DNA from: Callorhinchus milii
Lineage: Eukaryota
NCBI RefSeq assembly: GCF_018977255.1
Contig: NW_024704743.1
Span: forward strand, 76,944,001-77,008,000
Length of the DNA: 64,000 bases
Direction: 5' to 3'
The translations under genes and the position numbers were made by a program. Under the pieces are notes generated by a model. It saw only the letters and a list, made by a program, of their open reading frames with translations. It was not told the origin of the DNA and searched no databases. Below, piece by piece: positions 13,140-23,240 of the stretch (its first letter is position 1; each line of letters opens with the position of its first letter).

Positions 13140-13215
13140 GATCTGTCAGGATCTGATGAACCAGTAGAACAGGCTCAATGGGCTGAATGGCTTCCTCTTA
13201 TTCTTATGTTCCTTG
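13140..13215 (+). mobile_element. CR1 extreme 3' tail
   Basis: GAACAGGCTCAATGGGCTGAATGGCTTCCTCTTATTCTTATGTTCCT, same motif as 31980-32030. Confidence 0.65.
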
Positions 13216-13326
13216 GGTATCTCTCTTTCTCCCTCCCCCTGCCTCTCTAACTGTTTCTGCGTGTTTGCAGCTCTCTGTCTATTCCTATACTGTACTTACT
13301 TGGATTGTATCTCTTCACCTCATGCT

Positions 13327-13930
13327 ACAACAACAACAACAAAATTATATTTGTGTTGCGCCTTTCACGTCGGGAGGACGTCCCAAGGCACTGAACAGAT
13401 AAAGTTACGGACCCGAGCTGAGGGTCGGGGTGGGGGAAGGTGGAGGGCAGGAGGGGAAGCAGGGATATTGAAAGCACAGTCGAAGAGGAAGGTCTTGAGG
13501 TGGGTCTTGAAGGTGGCAAGGGAGGGGGCGAGACAGAGGGACTGCAGGATGGAGCTCCAGAGGGTGGGGGCAGAGTGGCGGCAGGCCCGCCCGCTGATAG
13601 TGGGGCGAGCAAGGCGGGGGACGTGATGCAGGCCGGAGCCCACTGAGCGGAGGGAGTGAACAGGATGGTAGGGGGTTAGGATGTCGGAGAGTTGGAGGGG
13701 GAGCAAGACCGTGGAGGGCTTTGAAGGTGAGGACCAGGATCTTGAACTGTATCCTCTGTGTGATGGGAAGCTAGTGGAATGGGGGTGATAGGATTGTGGA
13801 GCCTTGTGCGGGAGAGGACACGGGCTGCAGAGTTCTGGATGATCTGCAGCCTCTGGAGAGCAGTGAGTTTGCATAGTCAAGCCTCGATATAATGAAGGCG
13901 TGCATGAGGGTACGCTTTCAGCGGTGGGGA
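13327..13930 (-). mobile_element. L2 3' fragment
   Basis: Translation SLRSVGSGLHHVPRLARPTISGRA...APTLWSSI...FKTHLKTFLF matches the L2 ORF2 C-terminus at 19820-20000; (TTG)n tail. Confidence 0.9.
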
Positions 13931-14109
13931 AAATCATGAACCTTGTAACATCACGTGCGAGCGCACAACTAAAAATGGTTGCAAACATCTCAGCTCAACT
14001 TCAGTTCCATATCAGAGTCATGAAATGCAAAAGTGGCTATGTGGACAGTGTGCAGTTAGCTACTCTGTGATCTAATAGCCCATTGGTACTTATTATCTAA
14101 GTCTATACA

Positions 14110-15170
14110 TAACAACCATAACAACAAATTGCATTTATATAGCAATTAGATTATTTTTACATCAGGAGGACATCCCAAGGCACTGGACAATTAATGGTTT
14201 GCACCCAAGCTGGGGTTGAAATCAAAAGGGGTCAAGGCAAGGGAGTTGAGAGGCAGACAGAAAGCATGGTCAAGGAGGAAGGTTTTGAGATGGGACCTTG
14301 AAGGAGGCAAGGGAGGAGGTGAGCAAAAGGACTCTGGGATGGAGTTCCAGAGGGTGGGAGCAGAGAGTCTGAGGCCTGACTGACAATGGTGGAGCAGGTA
14401 GGGCAGGAGCCATGGAATAGGCCAGTGTCCGCTGAGCAGAGGGAGTAGACAGGTTGGTAAGGTTTTAGCAGGTCACAGAGGTAGGGAAGGGCAAGACTAT
14501 GGAGGGCTTTAAAAGTGATGATCAGGATCTTACAATCAATTTATCTAGGGGATGGGGAGCCAATGAAGCCAAGCGAGGATGGCAGTGATCAGCTCACGGA
14601 ATTTGGTGTGGGAGAGGACAGAGCTGCAGAGTTTTGAATAATGTACAACTTGTGAAGGGAAAAGTTGGGAGGTACGATGAACAGGTGGTTAGCCTAGTCA
14701 AGCCTGGACGTGATAAAAGCATGGATGAGGGTTTTGGCAGCCTAAAAGGAGAGGTAGTTGCGGAGTTGGGGGAAGGCAGAATGGGTCATAGCACAGATGT
14801 GGGGTTTAAAGTTGAAGGTTGAACAAAACACCAAGGTTCCATACTCAGTAAGGTGAAGAATGCATGTAATAATAATTCTTGCATTTGACATAGCACCTTA
14901 TCACATCATCAAGCAGTCTCAAAGCGCTTCACAGAATTTGTGAATAGTAATGTTGTCAGTGGCTGATGTGAGGAGACGCTGATGGGAGCCAGGCAGGAGG
15001 GCCTTCGTCTTGTCAACATTCAACTGGAAAAAGTTGGCTCTCATCCAGGACTTGATGTTGGACAGGCAATCAGTCAGTACAGCAGTCGTCCTGGCATCAA
15101 TAGAGTTGGGTGTCATCCTCATCAATTAACCCCATGCCTGCAGATGATATCACCGAGTGGGAGCATATAA
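14110..15170 (-). mobile_element. Degraded L2 (RT C-half to 3' end)
   Basis: [21 protein letters not shown] and CLSNIKSWMRANFFQLNVDKT remnants; L2 tail at 14110-14185; short SINE tail inserted at ~14868-14935. Confidence 0.85.
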
Positions 15171-15299
15171 GTATGAAAAAGGAGAGGAAGCAGTTGCTTG
15201 AAAAATGGCTTGTTACCTGTGGAATTGTCATCATCACTTTCAGGAGAGGATGGATGAGTAGAGAAAGAAAACTTGTGAGGAAAGAGAAAGAAGGAGTAT

Positions 15300-15495
15300 A
15301 ACACCATATTGGCCTGTAATTCTTCAAAGCCCAAACATCAGACATAATCAAGCTCACTTCAATGCGAGATATTAGCTTGCAGAGGGAAAAGTTGGGAAGT
15401 CCAGTGAGCAGGGAGTAAACATAGTCAATCATAGAAATCATGGATGGGTGGCCTGGGTGGAGAGGTAGTGCCAAAGATGGGCAATGTTGCCGATG
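15300..15495 (-). mobile_element. Degraded L2 fragment
   Basis: IDYVYSLLTGLPNFSLCKL remnant (compare [19 protein letters not shown] in the young copy). Confidence 0.6.
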
Positions 15496-15629
15496 TTGGT
15501 TTCCTACTTTTCCTCGGTAAACAGAGGCTTGTGGAGTAAGGAAACTTCCCTACTTTCCCCCTGCTCGGGAATCAAACCCAACTCATCTCGCTTGCAAGGC
15601 GAATGCTCTAATGAATAAGCTACAGGACT
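15495..15629 (-). mobile_element. SINE family A, 5' head only
   Basis: Reverse complement AGTCCTGTAGCTTATTCATTAGAGCATTCGCCTTGCAAGCGAG...AAGTTTCCTTACTCCAC. Confidence 0.8.
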
Positions 15630-16567
15630 ATTTATGTAGCACCTTAGAGTGCATAAACCCTTATAAATAAGCATCTTATCTTTTGTGTGGTCTTTTCTTT
15701 TACAATGATAACTTTTTCAAGAATAACTGGACAAATCTCTGGTTAGGACAGTATTCATAAATATTGGGAGAGGTGCAGACTGAAATGGACGATTATTCCA
15801 TCTGATACATAGCTTCTGTGCTCCTTGGGCCGAGGGGGTGGGGGGATGATTCTAACTGTGAGAAAAAAATCTAAGGGTTAAATAGTTAATTTGGAAAGGA
15901 TGAATGTTTACAAATTTTAGCTTGCTTGGCTTTGGGTATCCGTCTAAACAGAGCTTTTACCAAGGGAACAGAGGGAAGGGATGGAACCCACAATAGGTTT
16001 CATTATTGTGTGATTGGTGAAAGGAATAGGTTTGACAGAGCCAAATGGTCTCTTCATTCTGTTTCCTTTTCGTTTATCTTAAATTCTTCTAATCTTACTT
16101 AAAAGCAATTTTTTTAAGAAACATTATTTTTAAAAGTTTAAAAATTAGTACACAAAGTAGTCCATCTCAAAACAAAGGCAATTGAATGCTGCAAAATAAC
16201 AAGGATTGGGAGAATTGCGTTGTTGTTAGGAAAAGTGCATAGATTCCCAGAAAGACTAACAGGTGCAAGAAAAGAGGGAAGGAGGTACAGAGATAGAAGA
16301 GCAAGTTGACATAGATACAAATCAACAAGCTATTTGGAATAAATGACTTTCATTATGGACCGATTTCAATGTTTGCTTCAGTGCTAGAGTAATCTGTATG
16401 GTTACCATTACTACAACAGAATAAAGCGCATATTGAAATGTAGGAAAGCACACTAAATTCACTAAAAAACACAGCCCCAAACACCTGATTATTATTCACT
16501 CCACTGAAGAGTTGGAAATAACATTATGGGATATAGTACATAGGCAGTTCGGGAAATATGTGCATGC

Positions 16568-16892
16568 AACAACAACAACAACAATCCTTGCATTTGATAT
16601 AGCGCTTTTCACGTCGGGAGGACGTCCCAAAGCGCTTCACAGAACACACTGTAAAGTGAATTGACTGTATATTTGTGGGCGAACGCGGCAGCCAATTGCG
16701 CACAGCAATGTCCCACAAACAGTCGTAGATTGAAAATGACCAATTTATTATTGTTTTTGGTTTTGGAGGGATTATTATTAGGCTCTGTGTGGAGTAAGGA
16801 AACTTGCCCAAGGTTTCGCCCTCTGCCTGGAATTGAACTCAGGTCTCTCACTTGCAAAGCGAGTGCTCTAACTACTGAGCTACAGGACTCCA
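16568..16892 (-). mobile_element. SINE family A, short variant with (TTG)n tail
   Basis: Near-identical to the 9450 and 23241 copies; CATGC direct repeat at 16563-16567 and 16891-16895. Confidence 0.95.
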
Positions 16893-16979
16893 TGCGATCC
16901 CTAGTTTCAGTGTATCCAATTTGCTACAATTTGTTTGGATCAGCTGGGTGTCTGATACATGCGTAAACCCATCACCATG

Positions 16980-17395
16980 CTTAAGAGTATCCAAACCAAA
17001 ATAAGGGGCAACCTATTCATGGAAAATCAACAACAAACAACAAAATTACATTTGTATAGCACCTTTCAATTCAGAGATGTTTATTGGAATAGGTTGTGCA
17101 CTCTCTCAGGGATGCATCCTGCTTACCTAATTCCAGAAAGTATGAGGCACAGGTTGGCAAGAACCAAGACTTGGGAACCCAAAAAGTGTGCGTTAGGGGT
17201 ACTGCTGGAGTATTAACCAGCTAAAACTGCAGTTTGCCAGTTTAATGTCACTGCCTAGCAAGCTTCCTGCTGCTTGTCCAATAGGACCATCCTATTAGTT
17301 ATGGCTTTGGCTTGCAGGTTTAACAGGAGCTGAGTGGGAGGATTCCCTGCTCCAATGACTAGTCTGCCCTTCGAGGCCCTGCTGTGAGCTGGTCT
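16980..17395 (-). mobile_element. Family D 3' UTR copy
   Basis: Reverse complement aligns with 3990-4355; a short L2 tail lies at ~17028-17068. Confidence 0.75.
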
Positions 17396-18129
17396 GTCAC
17401 TAGTCAGATAGATTACTCAATGGTCTGATTCCACCACATGTATCTTGGTACAGAGATCAAACTGCTAACCATACCATGCAGCTCAATCATCAAGTTTTAC
17501 CCACTGTCCATAGAATCTGAAGGAGAGAGGTTCGAAAACAATCAGAGTAAAAGAAGATATGAACATACACAAACTAAGTACTGCCCTTTTCAAACAACAT
17601 GAAAAAGAAAGGAAAATATTAGTATGATATCTGGACCATGTCAAGACAAATGTGTCAAGGACGCTTCATAAAAACTGTCTTCTTCCACTATATTTCAATA
17701 TATTCTTCCTGCTGTATGTCAATAGCATCATGGGTTCCTGGAAAAGATTCAGGATTTTAGAATTTAACATGCAAGTCAGAAGAAAATCTTTGATATAGTT
17801 CAGACTTTCAAATAATCACTCTTTTGAAGTTAGCGCCTGGATTTCAACACTACTTCCTTTAAAGCTGGCACTTGGTCAATTTCTCAGCACATGCCTGCTT
17901 CATGGTTGCAGACTTTAGCTAAATATAATATCAAGTAAAGTCGCACATCATCTGTGAGACCGAAGCAGGCAGAAATATTTCGCTTGTTAGCTCAGCTTGT
18001 AGCCATACTGAGAACATTTGTTTTTAAACCAACCAGATGACTGATTTCTTTGCATGAGACCAAAACAAAATCTTCAAACATAAGTGCATAATGATTAAAC
18101 TCGATAGATGAAATTTATAAAACAATATT

Positions 18130-18219
18130 ACATAGGAACATAGGAAAAAGAGGAGGCCGTTCAGCCCTTTGAGCCTGTTCCGCCATTTAATTAGATCATG
18201 GCTGATTTGTACCTCAACT
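18130..18219 (-). mobile_element. CR1 3' tail (host of the L2 insertion)
   Basis: Reverse complement GAGGTACAAATCAGCCATGATCTAATTAAATGGCGGAACAGGCTCAAAGGGCTGAACGGCCTCCTC, matching 31948-32030. Confidence 0.85.
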
Positions 18220-18462
18220 AATCCTTTCATCCCCACTCCACTCCTTATCTCCCAGCTCCACTTTCTTGCCCCACATATCACTGACATCATCAACCTGTCC
18301 CTCTCCTCTGGCTCTGTCCCCATTCCATTAAAAACTGCCATCATCACGCCCACACTGAAAAAACCCTCCCTTGATGCGTCGCAGCTATCAAGTTACCGGC
18401 CCATCTCCAACCTCCCCTTTCTCTCCAAGGTCTTGGAAAGAGTTGTCGCCTCCCAACTGCGC

Positions 18463-18751
18463 TTTGCAAGTGAGAGACCTGAGTTCAATTCCAGGCAGGG
18501 CGAAACCTTGGGCAAGTTTCCTTACTCCACACGCCTAATAATAATCCCTCCAAAACTAAAAACAATAATTAAATTGGTCATTTTCAATCTACGACTGTTT
18601 GTGGGACATTGCTGTGCGCAATTGGCTGCCGCGTTCGCCCACAAATATACAGTCAATTCACTTTACAGTGTGTTCTGTGAAGCGCTTTGGGACGTCCTCC
18701 CGACGTGAAAAGCGCTATATCAAATGCAAGGATTATTATTATTATTATTAT
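18463..18751 (+). mobile_element. SINE family A (short variant, lacking box A) nested in L2 ORF2
   Basis: Begins inside the anticodon arm (CGC-TTTGCAAGTGAG) and ends in (TAT)n; L2 coding sequence resumes on both sides. Confidence 0.95.
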
Positions 18752-20062
18752 TATTTCCTTTCCACCCATTCTCTTTTCGAACCCCTTCAGTCGGGTTTCC
18801 GTGCTGCCCATAGCACAGAAACTGCCCTGGTCAAGGTCACCAATGACATCCTGACCATCTGTGACCAGGGCTCCCTCTGTCTCCTCGTCCTCCTCGACCT
18901 ATCGGCAGCATTCGATACGGTCGACCACGCTATCCTACTCCACCGCTTGTCCTCCCACCTCAACCTTCAAGGCACTGTCCTTGAATGGTTTAGGTCGTAC
19001 CTTTCTCACCGTCTTCACTTTGTCTCGACGAATGGCTTCTCCTCCACCCCCCGCACTGTCTCATGTGGTGTCCCTCAGGGCTCTGTCCTTGGTCCCCTCC
19101 TCTTCACCCTCTATATGCTCCCCCTCGGTGACATCATCCGCAGACATGGAGTTAACTTCCACATGTATGCGGATGACACCCAACTCTACCTTTCCTCCTC
19201 TACTCTCAACTCCACGACCACCGATGTCCTGACAGCCTGCCTGTCCGACATCGAGTCCTGGACGAGAGACAACTTTCTTCAGCTCAACGTGCGAAAAACC
19301 GAGGCCCTCCTGATTGGCTCACGTCAGCGCCTCCGCACCTCAGGCGCTGACACCATCAGCATCCAAGGCTGCACTCTCCACCTCTCAAAGCCAGTCAGGA
19401 ACCTCGGCGTTTTGTTCGACCCTGAGCTGTCCTTTCTCCCTCACATCCGCACCACAACTGGCACCGCCTTCCATCACCTCCGGAACATCGCCAGACTACG
19501 GCATTACCTCACCCCTCACGCTGCTGAAACCCTGGTCCACGCCTTTGTCACCTCAAGGCTGGACTATGGGAACTCTCTCCTCGCCGGCCTTCCCGCCACC
19601 TCCCTCCACAAGCTGCAGGTCATTCAGAACTCTGCAGCTCGTGTACTGTCCCGCACCAGGCTTCGGGACCACATCACTCCCACCCTCGCTCGCCTCCACT
19701 GGCTCCCCATCCCCCAGAGGATTGATTTCAAGATCCTCATCCTCACCTACAAGGCCATTCACGGCCTTGCTCCCTCCTACCTCTCCAACCTACTATCCCC
19801 CTACCTACCTGCCCGTACCCTCCGTTCCTCTGGCTCCGGTCTGCTCCACGTCCCCCGCCCCAACCGCCCTACCATCGGTGGTCGGGCCTTCAGCCTCTCA
19901 GCCCCCAGGCTCTGGAACTCCATCCCCCAGTGCCTTCGCCTTGCTTCCTCCCTTTCCTCCTTCAAGGCCGGTCTCAAAACCTTTCTCTTTGACCGAGCCT
20001 TCAGCTCCCCTCTCGACTCTCTTCCCCCTCCTCGCTCCCTCCCTTCCCTCCCCTCACCCTGA
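18752..20062 (+). CDS. L2 ORF2 reverse transcriptase domain and C-terminus (partial, stop-free; N-terminal part at 18220-18462; endonuclease absent)
   Basis: ORF track 18599..20062. The first ~51 aa are SINE-derived; the rest carries canonical non-LTR RT motifs including YADD. Confidence 0.92.
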   Translation, partial: YFLSTHSLFEPLQSGFRAAHSTETALVKVTNDILTICDQGSLCLLVLLDLSAAFDTVDHAILLHRLSSHLNLQGTVLEWFRSYLSHRLHFVSTNGFSSTPRTVSCGVPQGSVLGPLLFTLYMLPLGDIIRRHGVNFHMYADDTQLYLSSSTLNSTTTDVLTACLSDIESWTRDNFLQLNVRKTEALLIGSRQRLRTSGADTISIQGCTLHLSKPVRNLGVLFDPELSFLPHIRTTTGTAFHHLRNIARLRHYLTPHAAETLVHAFVTSRLDYGNSLLAGLPATSLHKLQVIQNSAARVLSRTRLRDHITPTLARLHWLPIPQRIDFKILILTYKAIHGLAPSYLSNLLSPYLPARTLRSSGSGLLHVPRPNRPTIGGRAFSLSAPRLWNSIPQCLRLASSLSSFKAGLKTFLFDRAFSSPLDSLPPPRSLPSLPSP

Positions 20063-20120
20063 CCATTTCCCCCCTCCTCGCTCCCTCCCTTCCCTCCCCT
20101 CACCCTGACCATTTCCCCCC
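20023..20120 (+). repeat. ~46-bp pyrimidine-rich tandem repeat at the L2 ORF2 end / 3' UTR (2 units)
   Basis: CCCCTCCTCGCTCCCTCCCTTCCCTCCCCTCACCCTGACCATTTC occurs twice; the ORF2 stop TGA lies in unit 1. Confidence 0.9.
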
Positions 20121-20479
20121 TGCTCGGGTCATGACCCAACTGTGCAGCGCCTTGGGACGTCCTCCTGACGTGAAAGGCGCTTTATAAATGGAATCTTGTT
20201 GTTGTTGTTGTTGTTGTTTCAATTCCAATTTCCCCCTTTCTCCCCCGCTTTCCCTGCTTTCTCTATTTGGAGCACTTCAAATCTGTATGTGTGTGCAAAA
20301 TCCTTAATGATAGGAATACCTTATCACTTTTCGCAGTGAATCTTGTTAGAACCAGATAGTGAGAAGACAATATCAAGGATCTTTCAATTAATCACATAAA
20401 AGATTGTATCAATCAACAAATTGTAGTGCGACAATTTCAGTCGTGAATCCTATTTGCCTTCCACTGAGATTTTGTTAAT

Positions 20480-20827
20480 TCGCCTCGCAAACGAGAGACC
20501 TGGGTTCGATTCCCGGCAAGGGTGAAACGTTGGGCAAGTTTCCTTACTCCACACGCCTCTATTTACCTAGCCGTAAGTAGGAACCTGGTTGTTAGTCGAT
20601 TGGCAGATCACTTTTCCGGGGGTAATAATTCCCTCAAAATAATAATAAATTTGGTCACTCAATCCACGACTGTTTGTGGGACACTGCTGTGTGCAATTGG
20701 CTGCTGTGTGTTTCGCCCACAAAATATACAGTTAATTCACTTTACAGTATATTCTGTGAAGAGCTTTGAGATGTTTCAAAGATGTGATAAGATACTATAT
20801 CGAATGCAAGGATTATTATATATTATA
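20480..20827 (+). mobile_element. SINE family A, long variant, 5'-truncated
   Basis: Box B GGTTCGATTCC, long-variant segment, core and ATT tail. Confidence 0.9.
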
Positions 20828-20879
20828 AATTAGCTGGTACCTTGTGTAAATCACCATTATATATGTACATATACACATG

Positions 20880-21180
20880 TGGCTCAGGTGGATCTGTGGT
20901 AGCACTCTTATCTTTGGGTCAGCAGGTTGTGGGTTCAAGAACATCAAGGATGTTATGACTTGAAGTCACATTGTCTAAGCTGACACTTCAATGCACTGCT
21001 GGAGATATCAGAGGTGTCGTCCTTCAAATGACATATTAAACTGAGGTCTCATCTGCCTGTTCAGGTGAATGTTAAAGTTCCTATGGCATTTCTCGACAAA
21101 AGAAAGGAGTTTCTCCCATTGTCCTGGCCAATAATCCCCCAAAGTAAGATTGGTCATTCATTTCATGACTGTGGGTTTGT
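20880..21180 (+). mobile_element. SINE family B interrupted by a SINE A (resumes ~21556-21592)
   Basis: Head and body as in other B copies; core continues as GTGTGCGCAATTGG after the nested element. Confidence 0.8.
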
Positions 21181-21554
21181 GTGGAGTCCTGTAGCTCAGT
21201 GGTTAGAGCACTCGCCTCACAAGCGAGAGCCCTGGGTTTGAATCCCAGCAGGGTGAAATGTTGGCCAACTTTCCTTACTCCACATGCCTCTGTTTACTTA
21301 GCAGTAAGTAGGAACCCGGTTGTTAGTCGATTCGCAGATTGCTTTTCCGGGGGTAATAATTCCTTAAAAAAATAATAAATTGGTCATTTCAATCCACGAC
21401 TGTTTGTGGGACACTACTGTGTGCAATTGGTTGCTGCGTTTCACTTACAAAATATACAGTCAGTTCACTTTACAATATATTCTGTGAAGTGCTTTGAGAT
21501 GTCCCGAAGACATGATAAGGCGCTATAACAAATCTGTATTATTATTATTATTAT
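21181..21554 (+). mobile_element. SINE family A, long variant, full length
   Basis: GTGGAGTCCTGTAGCTCAGTGGTTAGAGCAC head through to (ATT)n tail. Confidence 0.93.
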
Positions 21555-21604
21555 CGGTGTGCGCAATTGGGCTATTGTGTTTATCTACAAATGCTGGCCC
21601 TCCA

Positions 21605-22430
21605 TTTCACAGTCCAGCCAGGACCACCCTACCCGCTAGGGCTTTGACTCGCAGGATGAACAGGGGCTGAGTGGGATGACTCCCAGCCCCCAGTGACTGG
21701 TCTGCCCTTCGAGGTCCTGTCGATAAGCCAGGCTGGCTGTGCTGTGATAGCAGTTCACTGGAATACTGCGGACCCACCTGGCTCAGGAACCAGACTACCA
21801 AGACAGCCACAGAGGGCTGGCTCTATTCCGACATTCTGTTGCCAAACATGTCACCTTGGAACTAGTTCAGCTCCAAGGAGACCCTGTTTACCTCCCTCTC
21901 AAGAAGGATAGTCACTAGTGGGTTGTTCAACATCCAACATGTGTGGGTTTGAGCCCCCACTCGGTGGATGGTAGGTATCAGGTATGCAAGCTTCCCGGTG
22001 GCAACATAGGTCAGCATGAAATGTGTGAGAGCATTGCCACCGTCTTCCTGTCCATAGCTCGGGAACACATCCCTTCCCATTGAGCGAAAGTTCCACCAGT
22101 TGGAGGTGTCTAATTTAAGCAGCAACTGCTTGCCTCTCTGCAGGCCAATCAATGTGGATTCCAGGAGCTGGACATACGAATACGTGTTAATGAACTCGGA
22201 CTCCAGGTAACGCCTTCCAGCAGCTATCGCCCTAAACCTCAGAATTTCCTCATCAGCTATTTTGCGGACATCTGCCTTCAGTGTGGTGGGAGGAATTTAC
22301 AGGACAGCTTGTGACATGCCAGCCACCTTGATGTTCTTGAGGTCCAAGACCAATGTCATGTACCAGGCTTACTCAGCACCAGCTGTTTAATCTAGGTCCT
22401 CATGCGAGGGGCTTGACAAATAGACTTGGC
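21605..22430 (-). mobile_element. Family D longest copy: decayed ORF end plus start of 3' UTR
   Basis: Open frame ~22296-21862 with FPSY-x10-H-FMLT-Y (possible decayed CCHC); 3' part shared with several other copies in the window. Confidence 0.65.
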
Positions 22431-22957
22431 ATACATTAATCAGTAATCAGGCTTTATTATTGATTAATGTACATAAGGTTAAACACATGGTGGAGAAATT
22501 TCTCAAACAAAATGTGAACAAACAGATGACTTAAACATTCATATTCATTGCATCATTGTTAGGTGATCACAGAACAGATTAGTTAATGTATACAGAATCT
22601 GCACATCTGGTATAATCAAATTATTTTGATTTCTGGCTCCTGTTTAAATTTGAAACATTGGTGCTTTTATAAAAACCTTCTTTTGGCTTAAACATTTGAT
22701 TGATCTCAGCTTGTTGAAAGTTAAATAGCTTTGTTTAGCTTCTCCTATAACTTAATATTCAGTACAGAAATTTAAATTAATGACTAATGTTTGGGAAAGT
22801 CCATTTCGACAAACAGCCTTGTTTTTTCTTCCAAATCCTTTCAAGTATTGACCAGAGAAAAAGCATGCCAGGCAGAGTCTGTTCTATGACTGTCCAATAT
22901 CTTGTCAAATTACCTTGCTCTGTGCCATCAGCCAACTGAGCCAAAGCCACCAATCAA

Positions 22958-23192
22958 GGACTAATTCCACCTGGGTCTAGACTTACTCTATTATCTTAAC
23001 ATTTCAGAGTGTCAAGAATTTGGCAAATTTGGGAATTCAGTTTTTACTTTGAAGCTGGTTTAAGGCAGTTCTTAAAAGAACTTACATAAAACTGCCTTTG
23101 AATTAAGACTGTATTTAAGAATTTGCTGAATTCTGGACATCAGATTACTAAGAAAACAGAGTAAATCTGGATTTAGGTGGAATCTCTCTCCC
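22958..23192. mobile_element. Family E foldback MITE-like element
   Basis: Left TTCCACCTGGGTCTAGACTTACTCTATTATCTTA pairs with right TAAGAAAACAGAGTAAATCTGGATTTAGGTGGAA; imperfect complementarity continues to the centre. Confidence 0.75.
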
Positions 23193-23240
23193 AAGAAGCT
23201 TAGTTCCAGAATCACTATTAGAGATGAGACTAATATGATA

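Larger units (their letters stand above)
18220..20218 (+). mobile_element. Young 5'-truncated L2-clade LINE (about 1.7 kb excluding the nested SINE)
   Basis: RT motifs [46 protein letters not shown] and YADDTQLY; 3' stem-loop and (TTG)n tail; many CpGs retained; possible TSD TCAACT/TCAATT (18214-18219, 20219-20224). Confidence 0.97.

Noticed and set aside
16524..16966. Recurrent short ORFs (…[19 protein letters not shown]…, MESCSSVVRALA…) resembling a gene family
   Set aside because: They are translations of SINE A copies in various frames, with no evidence of coding constraint.
18599..18751. N-terminus of the 487-aa ORF (MWDIAVRNW...KDYYYYYYY) as a novel RT fusion domain
   Set aside because: It is read-through of the nested SINE from a non-ATG start; the poly-Tyr is the (TAT)n tail.
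19314..20108. 264-aa Ser/Pro-rich ORF and antisense Gly/Arg-rich ORFs
   Set aside because: Alternative frames of the C-rich, stop-poor L2 sequence.
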